From Saprolegnia diclina VS20 (taxonomy: Eukaryota), in assembly GCF_000281045.1 (NCBI RefSeq), contig NW_008246075.1:899385-919384 (forward strand): a stretch of 20,000 bases of DNA, written 5' to 3'. Below, one piece after another: positions 11,028-18,799 of the stretch (position 1 is its first letter; every line of letters starts with the position of its first letter). The position numbers were made by a program, and so were the translations under genes. The notes under the pieces were generated by a model. That model saw only the letters and a list, made by a program, of their open reading frames with translations, did no database searches and was not told the origin of the DNA.

Positions 11028-11519
11028 TTCGATCTTGATGGTCTGGAACGCGCCCCAGCACACGAGTTGAGCCGGTCGAATCGCGCCCGAGACGGGCGTC
11101 GGACCAAACGAAGCATCGGGCTCCAGCATTGGCAGCCGCTGGTCCGGAGGCAGATGGGACGTGTCGACGTACATACTACCGGATGATTCGAGATGCGTTG
11201 TCCCAGTACCGGTAGCAAGCGTCATGAGGTCGGCCACGGCGCCAGCGAGCAAGACGTGGAGCCCTGATGGCATTTCGACGATGAAAAGGAAGCCGTCGTT
11301 CAAAATCAAGTAGCGCGAACGGAGCTCCTGGAACTCGGATGCCGCCACGTACGTCTCGAAATCGGCCTCGGTCGCGGGGCAAAGGCGATACCCCGGGTTC
11401 CCAGGCACCTCAAGGACGGCACCAAGACTCGTCCAGTCCAGACGCTCGATCGCGTGGTTGATGCGATCGACGGGGTTGCTCGTATCATGGTCACTGCTGC
11501 TGCTGCTGCTGCGTGACAT
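11028..11519 (-). CDS. Uma2-like / PD-(D/E)XK restriction-endonuclease-fold protein, 3' part lost in the gap
   Basis: ATG at 11519 (MSRSSSSSSD). Motifs GFLFIVEMPSGLH, LEPDASFGP and TIKIE follow the Uma2/Crinkler-REase pattern (xxMPxxxH...PD...xxEV). No signal peptide or LFLAK header is visible. The stop position is unknown. Confidence 0.7.
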
Positions 11520-12445
11520 GGTGTGCAGACTCAAAGGAGCGCGAAGAGAACCGGGGCAATCAGAAACTAACCAAGTCTTCGGAGATTCCGCATAGCGCCT
11601 TGGCCTGTCTTGACCACCCGTCAAGGTGCGATGGCGAAGACTGGGACTGGACGCTCGATGACACTTTCGGACTCCACAGCACGACGAAAACAATACTAGT
11701 GTATTAGGCGCTATGCAAGCACCAACTCGTTTGAGCTCTAATTGTTCAAAATGGCCTTCTTGTAGTCGGCCATCGAGCCGCTAAACTTGGAGACCTTGGA
11801 CCCAGAGCTCGTCGCGCACCGGGAATAGCTCGTGCTCGAACCCACGACCGATGGCAGCCACCGCGTCATCAAGGTGCAGCAGGCGCTTTATCGCGAGTCC
11901 GTCGAGAGGGTCTCGAAACCTATAGAAAAGACGTAGAAATGGTCGCCGCGGTCCATGCGCGACTCCAGACGGCGCTGTAGACTACTAGTACAGACATATT
12001 GTGCATCGTAATACAAATTTGAATATTTGCATTTGGTGTCCTTCTTTTCTTAGTTCTATAGCATGATAAGACATGATACGTACATGTTGAAACTCATGCT
12101 GGCACACGAAAGCGCGATGATGGATGGCTTCGCGAGTGCCGCGCCTTCCCCGAGATGAAACGGCGGGTATGTCACGATGACATCATTTCATTCCGACGTC
12201 GCCACCGTGAACCTTCAATGTCGTCGTTGTGGTCTACAAGGGCGCTTCCTGTCCATGTCTTGTGGTCTAGTGGTCAAGACATTGGTTTACCACAATGTAG
12301 AACCAGATTTGAGTTCTGGCTGTCTCTCCATTCAGATGAGCGGAAAGGACAACGCGATTCGTCTCAAGTGCACCACTGACGCGACTGCACTCACCTCCAT
12401 ATTCACTCGACACATGTATTCGTCAAAAGGGTACCCACACAACAA

Positions 12446-15196
12446 CTACTCCGCGGTCGCCGCGCGGGTTTCTTCGCGCATCGTCGCCGCCTTCAAGCGC
12501 GTCATAAGCTCGTCCACGACGCCGCGTCGGTACACGGTCGACGTCGACGTCGTCTTCGACTGCTTCAAGCAACGGCGGAGGTCGCTTGGCAAGAGCTGGC
12601 CGGGCTGGCGCACCTTGAGAATGTCGACAACGGGCGTGGGGGCGGCCGTCGTGTAGCCAATCGCGTTGCCCCACATGGTCACGTCGCCAAACTCCAAGAC
12701 ACTGTGTTCATGCGTCCGAAGCTGCAGCGGGTGCGCCGACACGACCGCCATGATCGACGCGCAGAGATGCTCGACGCAAAAGCGGTGCTCGACTTCCAGC
12801 GGCGCCAGCAAAAAGCGTCCAAAGTCGCCGCAGGACGAGCAGCACGCTTCCGGGACTGCAATCGCATGCAGACAGTAGTCGGCGTAGACGACGTCGCTCT
12901 CGCGATACGACGTTGCATCCAAATACGCCATCCCAAGGCGCACAAGCACGTCGCTCTCGATGAGGCCGAGCGTCGACTGCAGGAGCACGATGGCGTCGTA
13001 CAAAAGCGTCGTACTCGGGCGCGACGCAAGCCACTTGTCGGTGAACCCACCGAGGTTCGCACGGTCGTGGGTCCGAATGAATTCAAAGGCGCTGGCGACC
13101 ACACACGTGCGGGGGCCGTGGCCACGGTGCGTTGGCAGCGAAGCAAAGTACGCGCGCAGCATCGCGTCCATCGACGGTAGCGCGCTCTCGTTGCGCACTA
13201 TCGTGTTGAGAATCACACTGGATGCACTCGCGATAAACGCCGGTGTCGCGAGACTCGGGCACCGGTGGGCGACGGCAACCAGCGCTGGCACGACCACAAG
13301 TTCCCGGTCGACGACGCATTGGGTGAGCACTGCGTCGAGGTGCCCGGTGCGCGCACCGGCTGCGAGGAGGCCAATGACGGTCTGTACGTTGTAGCGGACG
13401 TCGTCGTAGTCGTACTCGCCGACCAAGAAGCTTTGAACGACGACCGCTGCATACCAATAGTCGTTCAGCGCGAGGCCTTGGGCTTTGACGTCAACGATGG
13501 CGACGCCGACGACGAAGAGCGGGTCGTAGATCTTGCGCTCGAGAAGGCGCAGCATCGACACGCGAGGCTTGAGATACGACGAGACGAGCGCCACGATCGC
13601 GTCGGGCAGCCGGTTGTAGAGCCATCGTCCTTGGAGAGCGTGCTGCTGGGCGTACGCCTCGAGCTGCAACCCGCGCGTGCAGTTGTGGAAGAACATGGTG
13701 TCGGTCGTCTCGGTGTTGTCGTCCCGCTCGGCGACGGCGTCGAGCAATAGCGCCCGGGCGTCCANNNNNNNNNNNNNNNNNNNNNNNNNNNNNNNNNNNN
13801 NNNNNNNNNNNNNNNNNNNNNNNNNNNNNNNNNNNNNNNNNNNNNNNNNNNNNNNNNNNNNNNNNNNNNNNNNNNNNNNNNNNNNNNNNNNNNNNNNNNN
13901 NNNNNNNNNNNNNNNNNNNNNNNNNNNNNNNNNNNNNNNNNNNNNNNNNNNNNNNNNNNNNNNNNNNNNNNNNNNNNNNNNNNNNNNNNNNNNNNNNNNN
14001 NNNNNNNNNNNNNNNNNNNNNNNNNNNNNNNNNNNNNNNNNNNNNNNNNNNNNNNNNNNNNNNNNNNNNNNNNNNNNNNNNNNNNNNNNNNNNNNNNNNN
14101 NNNNNNNNNNNNNNNNNNNNNNNNNNNNNNNNNNNNNNNNNNNNNNNNNNNNNNNNNNNNNNNNNNNNNNNNNNNNNNNNNNNNNNNNNNNNNNNNNNNN
14201 NNNNNNNNNNNNNNNNNNNNNNNNNNNNNNNNNNNNNNNNNNNNNNNNNNNNNNNNNNNNNNNNNNNNNNNNNNNNNNNNNNNNNNNNNNNNNNNNNNNN
14301 NNNNNNNNNNNNNNNNNNNNNNNNNNNNNNNNNNNNNNNNNNNNNNNNNNNNNNNNNNNNNNNNNNNNNNNNNNNNNNNNNNNNNNNNNNNNNNNNNNNN
14401 NNNNNNNNNNNNNNNNNNNNNNNNNNNNNNNNNNNNNNNNNNNNNNNNNNNNNNNNNNNNNNNNNNNNNNNNNNNNNNNNNNNNNNNNNNNNNNNNNNNN
14501 NNNNNNNNNNNNNNNNNNNNNNNNNNNNNNNNNNNNNNNNNNNNNNNNNNNNNNNNNNNNNNNNNNNNNNNNNNNNNNNNNNNNNNNNNNNNNNNNNNNN
14601 NNNNNNNNNNNNNNNNNNNNNNNNNNNNNNNNNNNNNNNNNNNNNNNNATGAGGTAGTTGGCGTTCGGCGCAAACACAGCGCAGACGTGGGTCGTTGTTG
14701 CATGCTGGGTGCAATACGAGCGGTGACGGCCGCCGGCAAACGTCACGTTGCCACCGCGATGGAACGTCGGCAGCGAGATGACGACTGTCCCGATCGTGTG
14801 CGGCAGTCGCGAGGCTGGCGTTAGGCACGCCGACGAGCCAGTCGCATCCAACGCCACATGGGCCAGCGCGAGTCGGAAGCGCGAGGTCGGCCACAGCACG
14901 TCCCACACGATCGGCTCGACACGCGCCAAGGTCTTGCGCCACGCATTGGTATTGTCGACGCGCGCGCTCATCGCTGGCAAAAGCACGACGCCCGGCGAGA
15001 GCGTGTACGCGACTGCAAGTTGGTCGACCTCGTGCACTGCAAGCGGGCACGCCAGCACCTTGGGCATCGTATCGACGCGGAGCCGCGGCGCCACGGTATA
15101 CGGAAGCTCGAACGCATCAACCGCCGTCGTCAGCTGCGGCGTCTTCAGCTGGGTGGCGACGGCTTCGTACGCGGCCTTGGCATCGCTTGCTGCCAT
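12446..15196 (-). CDS. Array copy 2: degenerate 2OG-Fe(II) oxygenase-like / F-box-like / Cys-cluster protein, middle hidden by a gap
   Basis: Open frames on both sides of the gap, homologous to copies 1 and 3 (IGTVVISLPTFHRGGNV; WLYNRLPDAIVALVSSYL; CCSSCGDFGRFLLAP; KVRQPGQ). The ATG at 15196 aligns with the copy 3 start; an alternative upstream in-frame ATG lies at 15238. Integrity inside the gap cannot be verified. Confidence 0.75.
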   Translation of the reverse strand: MAASDAKAAYEAVATQLKTPQLTTAVDAFELPYTVAPRLRVDTMPKVLACPLAVHEVDQLAVAYTLSPGVVLLPAMSARVDNTNAWRKTLARVEPIVWDVLWPTSRFRLALAHVALDATGSSACLTPASRLPHTIGTVVISLPTFHRGGNVTFAGGRHRSYCTQHATTTHVCAVFAPNANYLXXXXXXXXXXXXXXXXXXXXXXXXXXXXXXXXXXXXXXXXXXXXXXXXXXXXXXXXXXXXXXXXXXXXXXXXXXXXXXXXXXXXXXXXXXXXXXXXXXXXXXXXXXXXXXXXXXXXXXXXXXXXXXXXXXXXXXXXXXXXXXXXXXXXXXXXXXXXXXXXXXXXXXXXXXXXXXXXXXXXXXXXXXXXXXXXXXXXXXXXXXXXXXXXXXXXXXXXXXXXXXXXXXXXXXXXXXXXXXXXXXXXXXXXXXXXXXXXXXXXXXXXXXXXXXXXXXXXXXXXXXXXXXXXXXXXXXXXDARALLLDAVAERDDNTETTDTMFFHNCTRGLQLEAYAQQHALQGRWLYNRLPDAIVALVSSYLKPRVSMLRLLERKIYDPLFVVGVAIVDVKAQGLALNDYWYAAVVVQSFLVGEYDYDDVRYNVQTVIGLLAAGARTGHLDAVLTQCVVDRELVVVPALVAVAHRCPSLATPAFIASASSVILNTIVRNESALPSMDAMLRAYFASLPTHRGHGPRTCVVASAFEFIRTHDRANLGGFTDKWLASRPSTTLLYDAIVLLQSTLGLIESDVLVRLGMAYLDATSYRESDVVYADYCLHAIAVPEACCSSCGDFGRFLLAPLEVEHRFCVEHLCASIMAVVSAHPLQLRTHEHSVLEFGDVTMWGNAIGYTTAAPTPVVDILKVRQPGQLLPSDLRRCLKQSKTTSTSTVYRRGVVDELMTRLKAATMREETRAATAE
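13765..14648. other. Assembly gap (884 N) inside copy 2
   Basis: Run of N. Confidence 1.
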
Positions 15197-15246
15197 CTTC
15201 AAGCCGGCAAATCGCGAAATCAGCTCCTCGATCTGCATTTGGCTCT

Positions 15247-15292
15247 ATGTTTTAAACATGTATCGATTGTTTGAAACATACTTGTTTCAAAC
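15247..15292. promoter_or_regulatory. Triple palindromic (T)GTTT-N-AAAC(A) element upstream of copy 2
   Basis: ATGTTT-T-AAACAT (15247-15259), TGTTT-G-AAACA (15268-15278) and TGTTT-C-AAAC (15283-15292). Positions 15269-15278 and 15283-15292 are also a perfect 10-bp inverted repeat. Confidence 0.55.
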
Positions 15293-15299
15293 CGGTCAA

Positions 15300-15730
15300 G
15301 TCGACGGGGTTTGCAGGCGGCAGGTGGGCCGCGGTGCCATGCACTGAAGATGCGACCGAGCTGTACCTCGACGTAGCACAAGGTAAGGCGACCGAGCGTC
15401 ACGGCCACAAGGCTCCCGGAGCGCCGATCACCACGTCGCCGCCATGGCACACGAGCAAACTGTCGACACCGACAACGTGCACTGCCGATCCACTTTGGCT
15501 TGAAACGAGGCGGGCGCGAGGAAGCTCGAGGCGACCATACAGGGCCGCGCCAGCGTGCTGCTTGCGGTGGCACAGATAGGCGTATGCTGGCGCGACTTGT
15601 GGCGCTGGCCCATCGAGCTCCAGACGACGCGACAACATGCGCACACCTCTGCGACTGCATGCTGCTTGCCTGCCTCTTGTTCGCGCACGATCGAGACGCT
15701 TTCGAGGAGGCGGCTGTTGTCGCATCCATA
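15300..15730 (-). pseudogene. Decayed relic of a further array paralog (central part)
   Basis: Frameshifted peptides QHAGAALYGRLELPRARLVSS and FKPKWI resemble QHALQGRWLYNRLPDAIVALVSSYLKP. DNA homology to 19060-19300 is clear (e.g. ctgccgatccactttggcttgaaac vs ctgccgatggactttggcttgaaac). Boundaries are approximate. Confidence 0.55.
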
Positions 15731-15919
15731 GATCAGTTGGGATGACAGGACTCAAGCCCTGGACCTAGGCGCCATGGGTCTGTCGTCGTGTGAAGCTTCT
15801 GCTCCTCAAGGACGTACTACAGTGTACTGCGGAAGCAGCTTGTCTCGACCTGCGTACGCGTGCTTGGACCAACCATGCACTCGCCACATGCATTACTCCA
15901 ACGCTATTTCGTACGCAGT

Positions 15920-18688
15920 CTACCCTACGAACGTTTCTCGTCGGTGGGCCAGCGCCGCCCGTGTGCGCGTCACGAGCTCTTCCATGCGACGGCGTCGGCG
16001 CATCGTCGACGTCGTCGTCGTGTCCAAGTGCTCGAGGCGCAAGCAGAGTTCTCGTAGCGAGAGCTGTCCAGGTTGCCGTACCTTGACAAAATCAATGACG
16101 ATCGCAGGGTCCGCCAGCGCGTAGCCCGTGCCATCCGTGTCCAAGGCGATCTCACCGAGAATCTCGAGCCCACGGAGCGTCGTCGCCTGCAGCTGCAGCG
16201 GATGCGCCGCGACAACGTCCGAGATGGCGTCGCAGACCTGATGGGCGTAGCACCGGCGGTATGCGTCCACCGGCGAGAGCAAGAAGCGACCAAACTCGAC
16301 GCAGTACGCGCAGCACGTCGGTGCAAACGCCACGTCGTCGAGGCAGTAGTCGGTGTACACCTTGGGGCAGTACGGCGTCACCTCAATGTACGCAAGCCCG
16401 AGCCGCACGAGCACGTCGCCGTCGTCGACGCTTAGCGTCGACGTCAAGTACATGGTCCACTCGTAGTGCAGGTTCAGATCTCCGTTGCCTGCGAGCCACA
16501 TGTCGACAAAGACAAGGACAGTCGCGCGGTCGTACGTCCGAAAGTACTCCAAGGCGCAGACGAGCACGAGCATGCGCGTATCGTGGCCTGCGCACCGCTC
16601 GTTGGCGTCGAAATACGCCGCCAGCACATCGTCCATCACCGGCCGCACCGGACGGTTGGAGCACGTCGCGTCCAAGATCGTTGCCGACGCCATTGCGCAA
16701 AAGGCGGGCGTCACGAGGCGCGGGCATTGGCGGGCGAAAGCGACGAGCGCGGGTACGACGGCGATGCCTCGGTCGTGCAGACACCGCGAGAGCACGCTCT
16801 CGAGGATGTTGGCGCAGTCGCCGGCAACGACGAGACCCACGACCGCCTCGACACTGTAGCGGACGTCGTCGCCGTCGTAGTCGTCGAGCATGACAGCGTA
16901 AATGACGCGGGCGGCGTACGGGAGGAGGTCCATGGCGACGTTTTGGGCGGCGAGAATACCAAGCGCGACGCCAAGGTCGTACAGTGGATGGTAGAGCACG
17001 CCGTCGGTGACGTCGAGCAGGCGCACGGCCGGCGTCAAATACGACGAGACGAGCGCTACGATCGGGTCCGGCAGCCGGTTGTAGAGCCATCGCCCTTGGA
17101 GAGCGTGCTGCTGGGCNNNNNNNNNNNNNNNNNNNNNNNNNNNNNNNNNNNNNNNNNNNNNNNNNNNNNNNNNNNNNNNNNNNNNNNNNNNNNNNNNNNN
17201 NNNNNNNNNNNNNNNNNNNNNNNNNNNNNNNNNNNNNNNNNNNNNNNNNNNNNNNNNNNNNNNNNNNNNNNNNNNNNNNNNNNNNNNNNNNNNNNNNNNN
17301 NNNNNNNNNNNNNNNNNNNNNNNNNNNNNNNNNNNNNNNNNNNNNNNNNNNNNNNNNNNNNNNNNNNNNNNNNNNNNNNNNNNNNNNNNNNNNNNNNNNN
17401 NNNNNNNNNNNNNNNNNNNNNNNNNNNNNNNNNNNNNNNNNNNNNNNNNNNNNNNNNNNNNNNNNNNNNNNNNNNNNNNNNNNNNNNNNNNNNNNNNNNN
17501 NNNNNNNNNNNNNNNNNNNNNNNNNNNNNNNNNNNNNNNNNNNNNNNNNNNNNNNNNNNNNNNNNNNNNNNNNNNNNNNNNNNNNNNNNNNNNNNNNNNN
17601 NNNNNNNNNNNNNNNNNNNNNNNNNNNNNNNNNNNNNNNNNNNNNNNNNNNNNNNNNNNNNNNNNNNNNNNNNNNNNNNNNNNNNNNNNNNNNNNNNNNN
17701 NNNNNNNNNNNNNNNNNNNNNNNNNNNNNATGAGCCACTGACCTGGTATGCACCGGACGTCGACGCCGGCGTCCGTAAACAGAATCGCGTCGACCGTCAC
17801 GTGGCAGAGGCTATTGCCATGGGGCAGGGCCACCCCGACGGTCGTTGCACTCACTTTGCGGCCTTCTGCGGGCCGACCAGGATGGGCCTTGTTGATGAGC
17901 GCGACGTCGTAGACGTCTGTCTCGACGAGTGCATCAGCGAAGGCGCGGTCGTCGGGTGCTAGGCCCTCAACGCCCGGCGACGTAGGTGCCGTCGGACGCA
18001 GCGCAAAGACGTTGAGCGCGTGCGACGGCGCCGCGGCCAGCGACTGCAACGTGGCCGTCGCCGCGTCGATGTTTGCTTTCACTGGGTCAGTTGCGGCCAC
18101 GACGTGGTAGACGAGCGTGACGCGTCGGCCATAAGTCATCGGCTCAATGAGGTAGTTGGCGTTCGGCGCAAACACGGCGCAGACGTGGGTCGTTGTCGCG
18201 TGCTGGGTGCAATACGAGCGGCCGTCGGCAAACATCACGTCGCCACCGCCATGGAACGTCGGCAGCGAGATGACGACTGTCCCGATCGTGTGCGGCGGTC
18301 GCAAGGCTGGCGTTAGGCACGCCGACGAGCCAGTCGCGTCGAACGCCACGTGGGCCAGCGCAAGTCGGAAGGGCGAGGTCGGCGACAGCACGTCCCGCAC
18401 GACCGTCTCGACACGCGCCAAGGTCTTGCGCCACGCATTGGTATTGTCGACGCGCACGCTCATCGCTGGCAAAAGCACGACACCCGGCGAGAGCGTGTAC
18501 GCGACTGCAAGTTGGTCGACCTCGTGCACTGCAAGCGGCCACGCCAGAGCCTTGCGCAAGGTGTCGACGTAAAGCCGCGGCGCCACGCGATACGGGAGCT
18601 CGAACGTATCAACCGCCGTAGTCAGGCGCAATGTCTTCAGCTGGGTGGCGACGGCTTCGTACGCGGCCTTGGCATCGCTAGGTGGCAT
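15920..18688 (-). CDS. Array copy 3: degenerate 2OG-Fe(II) oxygenase-like / F-box-like / Cys-cluster protein, middle hidden by a gap
   Basis: Open frames on both sides of the gap (IGTVVISLPTFHGGGDV; IEPMTYGRRVTLVYHV; WLYNRLPDPIVALVSSYL; CCAYCVEFGRFLLSP; KVRQPGQ). The N-terminal ~180 aa are about 86% identical to copy 2 by manual count. Confidence 0.78.
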   Translation of the reverse strand: MPPSDAKAAYEAVATQLKTLRLTTAVDTFELPYRVAPRLYVDTLRKALAWPLAVHEVDQLAVAYTLSPGVVLLPAMSVRVDNTNAWRKTLARVETVVRDVLSPTSPFRLALAHVAFDATGSSACLTPALRPPHTIGTVVISLPTFHGGGDVMFADGRSYCTQHATTTHVCAVFAPNANYLIEPMTYGRRVTLVYHVVAATDPVKANIDAATATLQSLAAAPSHALNVFALRPTAPTSPGVEGLAPDDRAFADALVETDVYDVALINKAHPGRPAEGRKVSATTVGVALPHGNSLCHVTVDAILFTDAGVDVRCIPGQWLXXXXXXXXXXXXXXXXXXXXXXXXXXXXXXXXXXXXXXXXXXXXXXXXXXXXXXXXXXXXXXXXXXXXXXXXXXXXXXXXXXXXXXXXXXXXXXXXXXXXXXXXXXXXXXXXXXXXXXXXXXXXXXXXXXXXXXXXXXXXXXXXXXXXXXXXXXXXXXXXXXXXXXXXXXXXXXXXXXXXXXXXXXXXXXXXXXXXXXXXXXXXXAQQHALQGRWLYNRLPDPIVALVSSYLTPAVRLLDVTDGVLYHPLYDLGVALGILAAQNVAMDLLPYAARVIYAVMLDDYDGDDVRYSVEAVVGLVVAGDCANILESVLSRCLHDRGIAVVPALVAFARQCPRLVTPAFCAMASATILDATCSNRPVRPVMDDVLAAYFDANERCAGHDTRMLVLVCALEYFRTYDRATVLVFVDMWLAGNGDLNLHYEWTMYLTSTLSVDDGDVLVRLGLAYIEVTPYCPKVYTDYCLDDVAFAPTCCAYCVEFGRFLLSPVDAYRRCYAHQVCDAISDVVAAHPLQLQATTLRGLEILGEIALDTDGTGYALADPAIVIDFVKVRQPGQLSLRELCLRLEHLDTTTTSTMRRRRRMEELVTRTRAALAHRRETFVG
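17117..17729. other. Assembly gap (613 N) inside copy 3
   Basis: Run of N. Confidence 1.
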
Positions 18689-18735
18689 CGTCGTTCTGCC
18701 GGTTGTGGCACAGAATCAGCACCTTGTTGGGTCAA

Positions 18736-18780
18736 GTGTTTTAAACACGTATCCAACAGGGTTCCATACCTGTTTCAAAC
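18736..18780. promoter_or_regulatory. Palindromic element upstream of copy 3
   Basis: GTGTTT-T-AAACAC (18736-18748) followed by GTATC, then CATACCTGTTTCAAACCG. This is homologous to 15247-15294 and at a similar distance from the ATG (48 vs 51 nt). Confidence 0.55.
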
Positions 18781-18799
18781 CGTTTTTCACAGAAAGGCG

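Noticed and set aside
11494..11511. (CTG)6 microsatellite
   Set aside because: It is an ordinary poly-Ser tract at the nuclease N-terminus.
12155..12656. Plus-strand ORFs 12155-12379 and 12177-12656
   Set aside because: They lie in the 3' flank and antisense of copy 2 and show no coding signature.
15268..15292. GTTTGAAAC/GTTTCAAAC resembling CRISPR repeat ends
   Set aside because: There is no repeat-spacer periodicity and no cas genes, and the context is eukaryotic.
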